A stretch of 64,000 nt of DNA. Origin: Macrostomum lignano. Its lineage: Eukaryota. The stretch lies in contig NIVC01001754.1 of NCBI GenBank assembly GCA_002269645.1, positions 54,081 through 118,080 of the forward strand, read 5' to 3'. The notes below the pieces were generated by a model. The model worked only from the letters and a program-made list of their open reading frames with translations. It was not told the DNA's origin and did not search any database. The first letter of the stretch is position 1. Each line of letters starts with the position of its first letter. Shown here in pieces: positions 49,504 through 63,020 of the stretch. Position numbers and translations under genes: made by a program.

Positions 49504-49558
<55 letters not shown>

Positions 49559-49578
49559 AAGAGACGGACAGACAGACA
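49292..49578. repeat. (GACA)n in intron 1 of copy 2
   Basis: Read directly. Confidence 0.95.
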
Positions 49579-49593
49579 GTATCTCTCACTCAC

Positions 49594-49917
49594 CCAAACT
49601 CGCTGAGCTCCCTTATCCGCATTGCGGCACTTCCTGCAGTGGCTCAGGCCCAGGCGGCACCGGAAGCGGGTGCACCAGCCGGAACTGGCGTTGAACGCCA
49701 CCAGCTGCACAGCGGAGTCGCCGACCGCGGCAGCCAGGCAGTCAACCTCAGTCGCTGCTGGCTGCGAGCTCACAGCCTCATAGTCGGCGATGCTCTCACG
49801 GCTCGACCACCAGTTTCGCTCTGATGAAGCAGCTTCGCAGTGGAGATGCTCAGCTGCAGTCGGTAGCAGCAGCAGCATCAGCAGCTGTAGTTGATGCCAA
49901 GCAACTTTAGGCGTCAT
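49594..49917 (-). CDS. FReD gene copy 2, exon 1; spliced product is 291 aa
   Basis: 324+124+428 nt = 292 codons in one frame. Confidence 0.9.
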
Positions 49918-51002
49918 TGTTTCGGTTGTTTTATCACGGATTTTTTGTCGAGACTTTAAGCTGTTTGCAGACAGAATTGAAACTGGAGCCAGCAGCTTCA
50001 GAAACCTGCTCTCTCTTACAAGCCAAAAATGCGGTACCCAGAACTAACGGATGACAAGAGGCAGGGGCACAAACGAAGTTGGGGACGCAAATTGGAAGGC
50101 TTGAGACACTCAAGCTGTAACTTGTTTGCAGCAACAGAATGGTTGCTACAGCCAACCGATTGGAATAGGAGAATGGGTGAGATGGGGAAATCCTAATGAG
50201 CTGAAAGGAGATGCATTTAGAATAGAAAGAATTGGCAAATCTTGGCAAGAATGGTAATGCATTTTTCATAGCCACTAACAAGCTGCTGGAACCCATTCTG
50301 GAGACACAGTTGGCGCGGTTGCCTCTGTAAACTCAGGAATCCGCCACTACCAAATGCGCCAGCCTGTAAAAAGTGCAAATGCAAAGACTTCCCAGTACAG
50401 GCATATTGCAAAGGTAAGCAAAAGTAAAGCAATTCCTTGTTCCTTTCTCACGTCTTCCACTGCCTTATGCAGAGTTAAATTGACAGAAAATGCAGTAATT
50501 TGAAATGTGTTTTATCAAATAAGATTTTCAGATAGTTGACTGAAAAATACGCTAATGAAACTTTTATTTCTACTTAGTGAGTAGACAATTAGAAATACTT
50601 GTTGCAAAATTTAGCTAGTAGGTAAGGAAGGAGGGTGAAGGAGGAGAGTAAGGGTGGAGGGTATGAGAAAGAGTACTATCTTTCGCGAAAAAATGCATTT
50701 TTCGGACGTTTGAGCTCATTAAACAAAGGAGCTCAGCAGACAAAGCGACCAGTGTTTTTTTTGAATTATCGGGAATAAATACGAATATGAATTCGATTAC
50801 CAAGGATTAAAATCTGACATAAGTCTGATCATTATTTGTAATTTGTAAGTTATCATATTGCGGACATTGCTAAATTAAAGAGCGATTCTATGTCACTGCC
50901 CAATATTTCAGAAGATGAATAATAAAGCACAAATTATCTGCAATGTCCTTTGTTGAAGCCCCTGTCCCAATTATTCTGATTCGTGGCTCAATGATCAATA
51001 AC

Positions 51003-51780
51003 ACCATGACCCAATGACTCCATGACCCAATGACTCCATGACTCAATGACTCCATGACCCAATGACTCCATGACCCAATGACTCCATGACTCAATGACTC
51101 CATGACCCAATGACTCCATGACCCAATGACTCCATGACCCAATGACTCCATGACTCAATGACTCCATGACCCAATGAATCCATGACCCAATGACTCCATG
51201 ACTCAATGACTCCATGACCCAATGACTCCATGACTCAATGACTCCATGACCCAATGACTCCATGAATGACTCCATGACCCAATGACTCCATGACCCAATG
51301 ACTCCATGACCAAATCACTCCATGACCCAATGACTGCATGACTCAATGACTCCATGACCCAATGACTCCAGGACCCAATAACTCCATGACCCAATGACTC
51401 CATGACCCAATGACTCCATGACCCAATGAATCCATGACCCAATGACTCCATGACCCAATGACTCCATGACCCAATGACTCCATGACCCAATGACTCCATG
51501 ACCCAATGACTCCATGACTCAATGACTGCTTGACTCAATGACTCCATGACCCAATGACTCAATGACCCAATGACTCCATGACCCAATGACTCCATGACTC
51601 AATGACTCCATGACCCAATGACTCCATGACCCAATGACTCCATGACTCAATGACTCCATGACCCAATGACTCCATGACTCAATGACTCCATGACCCAATG
51701 ACTCCATGAATGACTCCATGACCCAATGACTCCATGAATGACTCCATGACCCAATGACTCCATGAATGACTCCATGACCA
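51003..51780. repeat. 16-bp CCATGACCCAATGACT satellite
   Basis: Between copies 2 and 3. Confidence 0.96.
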
Positions 51781-52334
51781 AATCGTGGTGTCTCGTATAG
51801 ACTAACACTGAAAAGCCGCGAGTAATCAGGCCCCGTAAAAATTCGTTCAAAAGTACGCTCCACTTAGGAGGTCGACCCGCGCTTATATTTCGCATCCAAG
51901 CAAGAACTATTGGATTTAGCCAGGAAAACAGTAGTAGTTGGATTATATTGTAATAAGAGTGAAAATATTTGGATGCAAACTGAAAAAGGACAATTTAAAG
52001 GAGCAAAGTAGGGATATGCTCGTATAATAGTGAGTACAGAAAGCAGAGTACTAATAGGATGCACTTATAAATATTTAAGGTATGCTTTAAATACGAAAGC
52101 TAATATATATGTCTGACACTTCCACTGAATTAGGGTAAATAAAAATGTATGGTATAATCACGTATTCATATATTAATTGAAGTTTATTATTGTTCAAGAA
52201 AAAATTCGTCTTGAATCTTGACAAGCTAGGATTAAACACGGACATTGTATTCTCGGTGTTCACGGTCGCCTGATTGATCACTCTGTGCCAAGTGGCACCA
52301 CTGTGAATGTTGACTGTTATGAAATATTCATTCA

Positions 52335-53195
52335 ATTGAAGGATCTGAGAGGGAAGTCAACTGAAGGATCTGAGAGGGGGTCAACTGAAGGATCTGAGAG
52401 GGGGTCAACTGAAGGATCTGAGAGGGGGGTCAACTGAAGGATGTGAGAGGGGGTCAACTGAAGGATGTGATAGGGGGTCAACTAAAGGATGTGAGAGGGG
52501 TCAGCTGAAGGATGTGAGAGGGGGTCAACTGAAGGATCTGAGAAGGGGTCAACTAAAGGATCTGAGAGGGGGTCAACTGAAGGACCTGAGAGGGGGTCAA
52601 CTAAAGGATCTGAGAGGGGGTCAACTGAAGGACCTGAGAGGGGGTCAACGGAAGGATCTGAGAGGGGGTCAACTGAAAATGATCTGAGAGGGGGTCAACT
52701 GAAAATGATCTGAGAGGGGGTCAACTGAGGGATCTGAGGGGGAGTCAACTGAGGGATCTGAGAGGAGTCAACTGAGGGATCTGAGGGGGAGTCAACCGAG
52801 GGATTTGAGGGGGAGTCAACTGAGGGATCTGAGTGGGAGTCAACTGAGGGATCTGAGGGGGAGTCAAGTGAGGGATCTGAGGGGGAGTCAAGTGAGGGAT
52901 CTGAGGGGGAGTCAACTAAGGGATCTGAGGAGAAGTCAACTGAGGGATCTGAGGGGGAGTCAACTGAGGAATCTGAGGGGGAGTCAACTGAGGGATCTGA
53001 GGGGGAGTCAACTGAGGGATCTGAGGGGGAGTCAACTGAGGGATCTGAGGGGGAGTCAACTGAGGGATCTGAGGGGGAGTCAACTGAGGGATCTGAGGGG
53101 GAGTCAACTGAGGGATCTGAGGGGGAGTCAACTGAGGGATCTGAGGGGGAGTCAACTGAGGGATCTGAGGGGGAGTCAACTGAGGGATCTGAGGG
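52335..53195. repeat. 24-bp minisatellite, duplicate of 47530-48400
   Basis: Same succession of variant units. Confidence 0.96.
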
Positions 53196-53224
53196 ATCTG
53201 AGTCAGCTAGCTGCTCATATAAAT

Positions 53225-53652
53225 CTACAGAACCAGCATCTCAACCTCCTTCAGCGAGTAATGAAATCCATAGTTGTATCTCCAGATGATGCCAATGGCA
53301 AAGGGACCTCCGATGGCTTCCGAGTAATTTTTGTACGGTCCATTCAGGTGCGATTCAAAGCAGCTTTTGTACCACCAGGCTCCGATAAATCTTTTAGCGC
53401 AGTTGCTTCCAGCTCTCGCATCGTGATCAGCGTCGAATGTCGTGAACTGTTGGTTGTTGCTGTAGCCATCCAGGGAGTCGCCAATCCCGTCGCTGGCTGA
53501 GAAACCCGACACAGTCAGCCGGTAATTGTCGGACTCCGAACCGACGCTGAAGCTCGAGTACTCAGCCCAATCTTGGCTGTCATCCCACTGCCTCATCAGA
53601 ATCAGCAGCTTCCGTGAGCGGCTTTGAGTGAGCGCGTGAAGAGTATTCAGAC
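53225..53652 (-). CDS. FReD gene copy 3, exon 3
   Basis: Protein identical to copy 2 exon 3. Confidence 0.94.
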
Positions 53653-53846
53653 CTACGGGCAGAGAGGCAATGTTCAGTGTCATAATTTTCGACGATGTAA
53701 CAAAATTTCGAGTTTCTAAAATGAACTTTGGAATTTTATGAAGCTTTAATCAACAGATCATAAATATTCATAAGATCTTAATCCTTTCTATGTCGGCCAA
53801 AATATCTTTGAATATTCACGAATGCATCAATTTACAAGCTAATTAC

Positions 53847-53970
53847 CAATCCAGTAGTTGCCATCGGGTCCATCGCCAAAGCCGGTCTGGTATTGCGACC
53901 AGTTGCGATAGAAGTCCACCGAATCCGACACTCTGCGCTGCACTGTGGTCCAGCATTGTGTGTTGCTTGT
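53847..53970 (-). CDS. FReD gene copy 3, exon 2
   Basis: [20 protein letters not shown]...YWIG; AACGCAG| acceptor; 124 nt. Confidence 0.9.
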
Positions 53971-54087
53971 CTGCGTTGTGGGGCAGCAGCACACGTAGCT
54001 TTGATTCTAGGTTAATTAAGCTTGAATTAAATCGCGACTTATATATTAACAAGCCCGCTTTTTACTGCTAATACTTTCAATAGTTAA

Positions 54088-54417
<330 letters not shown>

Positions 54418-54431
54418 TATCTCTCACTCAC

Positions 54432-54755
54432 CCAAACTCGCTGAGCTCCCTTATCCGCATTGCGGCACTTCCTGCAGTGGCTCAGGCCCAGGCGGCACCG
54501 GAAGCGGGTGCACCAGCCGGAACTGACGTTGAACGCCACCAGCTGCACAGCGGAGTCGCCGACCGCGGCAGCCAGGCAGTCAACCTCAGTCGCTGCTGGC
54601 TGCGAGCTCACAGCCTCATAGTCGGCGATGCTCTCACGGCTCGACCACCAGTTTCGCTCTGATGAAGCGGCTTCGCAGTGGAGATGCTGAGCTGCAGTCA
54701 GTAGCAGCAGCAGCATCAGCAGCTGTAGTTGATGCCAAGCAACTTGACTCGTCAT
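54432..54755 (-). CDS. FReD gene copy 3, exon 1
   Basis: [13 protein letters not shown]...AQRVW|GTGAGT; 324 nt. Confidence 0.9.
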
Positions 54756-55761
54756 TTCTTTCGGTTATTTTATCACGGATTTTGTGCGTCTAATCGAGAC
54801 TTGAAGCTTTCAGCAGACAGAATTGAAACTGGAGCCAGCAGCTTCAGAAACCTGCTCTCTCTTACAAGCCAAAAATGCGGTACCCAGAACTAACGGATGA
54901 CAAGAGCCAGGGGCACAAACGAAGTTGAGGATGCAAATTGGAAGGCTTGAGACACTCAAGCTGTAACTTGTTTGCAGCAACAGAATGGTTAAATGCTTAA
55001 ATCAGTCCATTCTCGCTTGGAATGGGAGAATGGGTAAGATGGGGAAATTTTAATTTAAGAGAAGGAGGAGTTGACAAACCTTGGCTATACTGGCATTAAC
55101 CTTTCATAGCCACTAACAAGCTGCAGGAAGACATTCTGGAGATACGGTTGGCGGTTGCCTCTGTAAACTCAGGAATCCGGCACTAACCAATGCGCTGGCC
55201 TGTAAAAAGTACAAATGCAAAGACTTCCCAGTACAGGAATATTGCAAAGGTAAGCAAAGGTAAAGCAATTTCTTGTTCTTTTTTCACGTCTTCCACTGCC
55301 TTATGCAGAGTTAAATTGACATCTTTTTTATCTCATTATATTTTCAGATAGTTGAATGAAAAATACGCAAACGAAACATTTATTTCTACTTAGGGAGTAG
55401 ACAAATCGAAATAGTTGTTCCATAATTTTCAACACCTTTCAAGTCAATTGTGGTAAATGGGTTTTTGGAAATGCCCCGTACCCCACACCGCCCCACATAT
55501 TTGGTGTACATTCAATGCTTCTATTTTAAGCTAAGCTTTTTAGCCAAGGAATTTTCTAGAAACTTCCATAGCTTGGTCATATGAATTAAATCGTGTGTGA
55601 CAGCCCATGGAAATACAGTTCACAGAGTGTAAATGACGCTATTTGTCAGTAATGCCTTAAAATAGAATAAAAAGTGTTGGATGCTGAGTAATGTATGTAC
55701 TTTTACAGAAAACAGAAGGTTAAAATTATCAGAAAAACATCTCAATAAAAAGAGGAATGCT

Positions 55762-56086
55762 TTAACAAACGTAAGCTCTGATGGAGGCCAAAATAGTCTC
55801 ATTGCACCCTGGGCAGCGGCTGTGGTTTCGGCAGCATCCTTCGCACAGCAGAAAGTGAGCACAGGGCAGGGTTACCCTGTCCCTGATCCGGCTTCTGCAC
55901 TGCAAGCACCGGTCATCGGGCACGTCTCGGCTGTCTTGCTGCTGCAGTTGTTGTTGCTGCTGTTGCTGCTGCTGCTGCTGCGGTTCCATTGATGCTGCTG
56001 TTGTCGTCGGAGCGAACGATGGTGGATTGCTGGCCGGTCCAGCAGTTCTCGACTCTTCCCTATTAAGAGATAATTGCAGCAATTCT
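55762..56086 (-). CDS. IAP-like protein, exon 3 (polyQ linker + C-terminal RING)
   Basis: CLQC...PCAHFLLCEGC...RCPGC...IRAYVC*, an IAP-type terminal C3HC4 RING; CTTCAG| acceptor, phase 2. Confidence 0.9.
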
Positions 56087-56421
56087 CTGAAGAAGTCAAT
56101 TAGGGAGTGACATAAAAATAGTTAGTTTTTAGAGTCTCCTACACTGCAAGCGATGAATACGCATTCGCCGAGGAGAGTTGCTAGCACCCTGACGCAACGC
56201 CTTCAACGATACTGTTACGTAGCAAGCACACAATCATACACATGCTCACACGGGGTGTACAGCGGCCCTGACTTTCTAATCGTGTCAGGCATCGCCCCTG
56301 ACTAAGCCATTTAACCCTGATGCTCTTTTCAAAAAAGATTTCATGACAGATGGAAATAACAAGTCGAAATATCCCGAGCTTTTGTGAAGACAAAAGACAT
56401 ATTATATGTAAGACGTCTTAC

Positions 56422-56953
56422 CTGACGTTAACTTGCTCCATCAAGGTGGCCGAGTCCTCAAACTCTTCCTCGCCGCTGTGCACCAGCTGAATGGCATCGC
56501 CAGGCCTGTTCACCGCCGCGCCCTGGTGCCGCATAAAGTATCGCGCGGCGCAGAAGTCCAACTTTTGCTGCTGGATGCCGAAGCTGGCGGCCCGAGACAG
56601 CACGGGACTGTCCAGCACCTGGCCGAGTCGGGTCAGAGATCGCTGCAGTTTGGACAGCTCGCCAGCATCCAGCGCGCTGCGGCGTGTCTGCGGCGTCAGA
56701 ACGAGTCTGTGAGCCAGTCGCTGCAGGTAGCAACCCGGACTGGCCTGTCGGTGTCGCGACCAGCTATCAGCCTCAGCCAAACTGCTACTGCCAGGACATG
56801 CGGCACCGCAGTGAAAACAGACGATCTTTCCACTCCCCGAGACCTCAGCAACCATCCAGTCGGGTGTTCCACTCGGCAGACGCTGGTTTTGGCGAGCAGT
56901 GGTACTGGTGAAGCTGGGTTTCACCGAAGAGGTCAGAATGAGAATGGCGCCGG
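56422..56953 (-). CDS. IAP-like protein, exon 2 (divergent BIR + UBA-like segment)
   Basis: KIVCFHCG-x-WSRHRQASPGC, then LDSPVLSRAASFGI resembling the IAP UBA; TTATAG| acceptor, AG|GTAAGA donor. Confidence 0.85.
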
Positions 56954-57409
56954 CTATAAGAAATTAAGACATATTTTGCATTAGTTTTGGTAAACAAAAT
57001 TTAAATGTAGCTGAAAGAAAGAGAAGAACTTTTAATTCCTTAGAAGGTCATCACACAGTTTTAACAAACTTATGAGTACATTTCACTGACTTGGATTTCG
57101 CACTGACCAGACAATTTCAGAATAGATTCAGAATCTTACTTTAACTATAAAATTCAAAGTGTTTTACACTCTAACTTGATTTATGAACTTTTGATTTTAT
57201 AGAAACATGATTTTTATGTTTCAATCTTTCACAGGTGCGTACGTCGAACACTATTCAGTATAGGTGAGCAATGCCAGGCAAATCAATCCTCAGACCATGG
57301 GCTCGGAACCTTGCAAGGGGTAAAAATTCAAAAGGGATCTTAAACATTGAGAGTGTCGAGTTTTTCTGGTTAAGCTGTTAAAAGCCTCATCGTAATCCAG
57401 TGGTGTAAC

Positions 57410-58225
57410 AGCACAGTGACACAACTGACTAGAAGTGACACAGTCTAACAGCGCACAGTGACACAACTGACTAGAAGTGACACAGTCTAACAGTACACAG
57501 TGACACAACTGACTAGAAGTGACACAGTCTAACAGCGCACAGTGACACAACTGACTAGAAGTGACACAGTCTAACAGCACACAGTGACACAACTGACTAG
57601 AAGTGACACAGTCTAACAGTACACAATGACACAACTGACTAGAAGTGACACAGTCTAACAGTACACAATGACACAACTGACTAGAAGTGACACAGTCTAA
57701 CAGCGCACAGTGACACAACTGACTAGAAGTGACACAGTCTAACAGTACACAATGACACAACTGACTAGAACTGACCCAGTCTAACAGCGCACAGTGACAC
57801 AACTGATTAGAAGTGACAGTCTAACAGCGCACAGTGACACAACTGACTAGAAGTGACCCAGTCTAACAGCGCACAGTGACACAACTGACTAGAAGTGACA
57901 CAGTCTAACAGTACACAGTGACACAACTGACTAGAAGTGACACAGTCTAACAGTACACAGTGACACAACTGACTAGAAGTGACACAGTCTAACAGCGCAC
58001 AGTGACACAACTGATTAGAAGTGACACAGTCTAACAGTACACAGTGACACAACTGATTAGAAGTGACCCAGTCTAACAGCGCACAGTGACACAACTGATT
58101 AGAAGTGACCCAGTCTAACAGCGCACAGTGACACAACTGATTAGAAGTGACCCAGTCTAACAGCGCACAGTGACACAACTGATTAGAAGTGACCCAGTCT
58201 AACAGCGCACAGTGACACAACTGAC
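57410..58225. repeat. 42-bp minisatellite in IAP intron 1
   Basis: About 19 units (GTGACACAACTGACTAGAAGTGACACAGTCTAACAGCGCACA); explains the CHCALLD ORFs. Confidence 0.96.
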
Positions 58226-58289
58226 TAGAACTGACGCATGCAGTGCCATTTATACAATTAGCTACATGTACGTTATATAATTGACTCAC

Positions 58290-58422
58290 CTCCAACGAAC
58301 AGGGACTCGCTGGCGTCATCAGCCAGCAGTGCTTCAGCCGCCTTATCCGCAATTTGTCGCGGTAAAAAGCTGGCCAAAATCCCAACCAGTCGGCTTTGTA
58401 AGTTTTGTTGCTGCCGTTGCAT
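58290..58422 (-). CDS. IAP-like protein, probable coding exon 1
   Basis: MQRQQQNLQSRLVGILASF...SLFVG, G|GTGAGT donor in phase 1. It joins exon 2 in frame (133+532+325 nt = 329 aa); the alternative frame hits a stop. Confidence 0.7.
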
Positions 58423-61400
58423 TCTTGCTGAAATGCCATGTGACTGTGTTGTCAGGGATTTTAGAGGCGCTTTGGCGTGTTCAACTTTGGTTTGCAAATT
58501 GCAATAAACAACTTGAGGGGGTTCCAGCTCCAGGTTTGGAGTATTTTTATATTTTCTTCTAGCTATGTAAAAGCCCGTCATTTTGCTAAAAATAGCTCGT
58601 ACGCTCGTACTTGGCAATAGAATGACAAAGTTTCTATTTTTAGAAATAATCCACTCTGTGCTTTCTATAGAGCCAATTTTAAATGAAGGAGAATCCTGCA
58701 CTTGCAGGTTTTACTGCGCGTCTCACGTTACTATGCAATTGTTATACCTTTCATCGACTCGTTTTTCTGGCCTTTTAACACTAAAAACAAGCGAGTTATT
58801 ACGTATACTCGTATAGGCAAAGTTAATTTGTATGACTGTTTTGCCTTGGTTGCATTTGAGCGATTTCGGGAGGTGTTGGAGTCAACCGCCTCACTCGTCT
58901 CGCGAAGTTTGATCTGTAATGAGACAGGGGGCTCGCTGCTGTTTTTGTATTAGCTGCCGCACTTTAAGGCTTTTTTAGTTCATTGCCTCAGCCACTTTTC
59001 TTGTGTCTTTGTATTTGCCTCGCCTAAGTCATGCTTTCGAATGGCCCTCTCTACTGCCGAGTTTCCCCACCTATAATACTGTCATGGTTTGCAGCGGTTG
59101 GGGGTATTTAATTCATTGACTCCTGCAAGCTGTCCAAATTTATTGTGCAACAAAGTGAATGTGAAATTACCTTGGAGCTGAGTTGGACTGTTCCGATCAA
59201 AGGTTTTAGAAGGCCGAACTATCAGTAGATTGTCTAGTGTGCATATCTTAAGTTATAAACAATGGCAGAAAAGCATACTAAACGAGTGCATTGCATTTGT
59301 ACCAGCATATATATCATTATTCCATAAATTGTGGCATCATTTGACACTTTCACGTCAATGCAATTGCGGAGGGATATGGATTGGTACATCACATGTAAAA
59401 GTGGCAAATCAGTCACATGATGAAGTGCGTACATGGATGGATAACCTTTTTGTTTAAGTCCTTTCCCTCTTCTTAGGAGCTTTCTGTATGAGCTTCTATT
59501 AATGTAGGTGTAGCGATGATTGCAAACTGCGGCTTTCAATTCTATACTAGAATTTCAACGGTCTCAAGCGAGTCTGAGCCGCTTTCGATAGTCAAGCCAA
59601 ATCAACGACTTAACAAACGGAATATATTTTTATTTATTATATTTATTTTATTTATTTTATTTATTTATTTTTATTTAAATATTTTCAACGGAGTCTTCAC
59701 GGAGCTCCATAGCAAAACTTAACTAAACTAAACTAAACTTAAAGAGCAGATTTCTTTTATTATTACCCCTTCTCAACAGTACGTATTTGGTATGCTCTGA
59801 GTGTTCTGCCTTAGAAAGTCCTGCCAAAAGCTCAAGTTTTGAAACTTAGAAGCTAACTATGGCTCTTAGTGGGAATTTAACGTAGTGGGCATACGTTTCT
59901 CTTCATTCCTTAACCTCTATTCCTAATCGTATTTTCATTCTCTTCCGATTTATGGGTGTACATGTAGCTCGGGCCTTCCACATCTCCGTCAAAGCTGTCC
60001 CACCGCTCCGGATTCAGCCGTCCATTGCACTATTGTCTCTTCTCTTCGCTTCTTCGAGCGGATATGTTTTCCTTAAGTTGATCTTAACCTCTTTAAATTG
60101 CTTTTAGCTACTCGCAGATTTCTAAATCCTATGGGTAAATGTACATTCATTGGGTAAATATATACATTGTAGAAAGCAACAGCGTACTAATATGATTTCC
60201 GTTATTGTGTCTGGGTGAAAGTATGTATATTTTACAATGCTATCTGTTCTGATTAAATCACAAATACGATTTCCTGAGTTAAATAATTCCCGAAATACGA
60301 ATGCGAAAATTAATAGAAAACAAATCATACAATAATTTAAACGTTTCAACAGTGACAGTGACAGTATTAAGTTACAGCATATATAGTTCTATAAGCACTA
60401 TAGTTTAACTTTTTAGGAAAAACTACTCATATATTAAGAAGGACAGAAACTTTCAAAACAGGCATTGCATTTCGAAGAAAACAATAACCAGGCGTCATGT
60501 GCAGAGGAACCATAGGAAACAATGACCGTAGACAGTGCTTAGTGCTTATTGCGGAGCAAAATTAACTTATAATTTCCAAGTTAATTTCACCAGAGTTCAT
60601 CCGGCATGCATAAAATCCAATGCCACCACAAGGACAACTAAAGCAACGTATATTCAGGACGCGACACTCGAAATCTATGGGAAATGTTTTGAGGGCCACT
60701 TTTCGCCGAAAAATACACTACGGAGATAGGAAATTTTCAGCACAAAACTGTTATTGTTTTCGATAGGAGGTAGCTAACCGGTGTTCATCTTTTGATATAC
60801 TGTGCCTTTCTGATTCGTTCAGAAAATAAGGATTCTATATGTGAATTTCTTATTCTATGTACAATTACACATGTCCTGTGCCAAAAAATCATTGAAATGG
60901 CACGACTCAGCTCATTGGTTTTATAAATCTATTTTTGTCATTCTTAGCAGACTGTGAACAATATGTATGACAGAGATGATACAATAGATTCATAAAACCA
61001 AAGCTTCGAACTTTGCCATGCATTTTTATAACTTTTTAGGTACAGGAAGTGTACGTAGAATTATAAATTAACATAAATCCTAATTTTCTGAACAAAAAAC
61101 TTAAAAAATATCAATAGAGCTATAAAAAAGGAACAACATATTAAAAGATAAACACTGGGTCCGCCTCCTATCAAAAATATTTTTGTGCTATAAAAATGAA
61201 AACTTCGAATCTCCGTAGTGTATTTTTCAGCGAAAAGTGGCCTTCAAAACATTTTCCATAGATTTCGAGTGTCGCGTCGTTCTACGAGTACTTTAGTAGT
61301 TCTTTTGCCGATAATTAAATCAGAGATGCAATGGTGATGGATGGCTGGAGTAGCAGCTGCTCCGCCCGTGGAGACCCTGGCAACTCCTCCTGCGGTGGCC

Positions 61401-62139
61401 ACGCAGGCGACCCAGACGGTGTTGCAGCCCAGACACGGACAGCACAGCAGTGGTGGCAAAGCTGGTTGCTGAATTAGCAGAGCCAATGGTTATTGTTATC
61501 GCAATCGACAGGGAGTTAATGTTTGTACTTCATCCTGTATTTTTACTCACCCATAGTGTATGAATTAAGCAATTCTGATGGGAGTTGGAGCTAAAATTGG
61601 CTTGGAAATTTAGAGAAGGCTTTGGCGTGTGGGAAGAGTAGAAAAGAGAGACGCATATTTTATAGTACTGCTGCAGACCTCTGTACCAGCTTCTAGCTTT
61701 TAAATGTATAGAAAGTTTTTTACCTACTACCGCCAACCACTGTGAGCTTTGGCTTAAGACGCACTGCATAGAATTGTATTATGTACCGTTATCTGAAAAA
61801 AACAAAGTGTCCAAGACTCTGATTTCTTTAAAAATAGCCAAATTGAAAACCGAAAATGAAAACGAAGAACCTAAAATCGTAAACGAAGAACGAAAACGAA
61901 AACTTCAAACAGGGATGACCCGGTACCGTGTACCTGATTGTGAGTTTAATAGCAGTTTTTTTAAGAGAAACTTTGGTTTATAGTCCCACCGGTAGCTTTT
62001 CCTATCCGTACGCGTACTTCGCACTCAGCAACTGATAAACCGCCACTTTAGTCTAAAGCACTGTTTTCTGTTTCTGAAAGTTTTTTTTTGTTACCTAAAC
62101 CCAAACAAGATCTACAACCGCTTAAACAGAATAGCGAAG

Positions 62140-63020
62140 CGTTTGATCCAGCACACGGAGCAGCCAGCTGTTCCTGTGCCATTTGACGAGGCCTCGCAGC
62201 GGATCTGCATCGTTGACGCATCGAATGAGCTGCTGCGCTACACGTACCCGGCCCTACCGGCATCCTTTTGGGTGGCGCCGAAAGTTGGCATGGATAACCT
62301 GTCGCAGGCCACTGCTCATGTAGCCTGTTTCATCCACGACCTCATCGTCACCGGTAGAATTGCGAGAACTGCCTGTGCTTACTGGAACTGGTTCTTACAG
62401 CGCCTGAAACAGAGCGGCCTGAAGTGTGCGGGCGGAACAAGCGCAGCTTTATGCAGGAGAGCGTGAGCTGCCTGGAACACTGCATTGATGCTGCTGGCCT
62501 GCGAGCCATTGTGGACGCGCTCGCCCCCGGAGAATAATGCTGCATGAGTCGAAGCCAATTCCTGTCATGACTACCAGAAGAATCTAGCAGTGGCACTGAT
62601 TCTGGCCGGATTAGTTGGACAAAGTGCCGTGACTGCTAGGCATATCCGGGCTTGGTCGAGGACGGGATCCTTGCCGTCCAATGTCCTGTGTTTTCTGAGT
62701 CTGGTCAGTGGCAGGCGAGACCGCCACCAAATCTGCAGCCGTACAGGTTACGCACGCAACAGCTGAGAGCGGAAGACGCCGGGGCTGTTTCTTCTGGTAG
62801 CCCGGACTGGATGCAGAAATTAAGCAGCTCCTCATCGTTTGCCCCGACTGCCAGGAGCTGCAGAAGTCGCCAGCACCCTTGGCTAGGCCAGACAAGACCA
62901 TGGTCCCGCCTTCACATCGACTTGTCGATGCTGTGAAAGGGAAGATGCGACTAGTCATTGTGGATGAGCGCTCAAAGTGGATGGATGTCCACGCGATAAC
63001 TACGGCATAACTACCGCAGC
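62140..63020 (+). mobile_element. Highly decayed Ty3/Gypsy pol fragment (RNase H-integrase region)
   Basis: HPWLGQTRPWSRLHIDL, then frameshifted KGKMRLVIVDERSKWMDVH, match the Gypsy integrase core start. VEDGIL resembles the linker. Many stops and frameshifts. Confidence 0.65.

Noticed and set aside
57410-58225. CACAGTG heptamers suggesting V(D)J/Transib recombination signals
   Set aside because: No ACAAAAACC-like nonamer at 12- or 23-bp spacing
58273-58439. Alternative frame MAFQQECNG... resembling a BIR N-terminus
   Set aside because: It splices in phase 0 and hits a stop within 7 codons of exon 2; the MQRQQQ frame is the compatible one
59780-60120. Possible very old LINE 3' end on the minus strand
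   Set aside because: Only vague motif resemblance with stops in all frames; cannot be supported without a search
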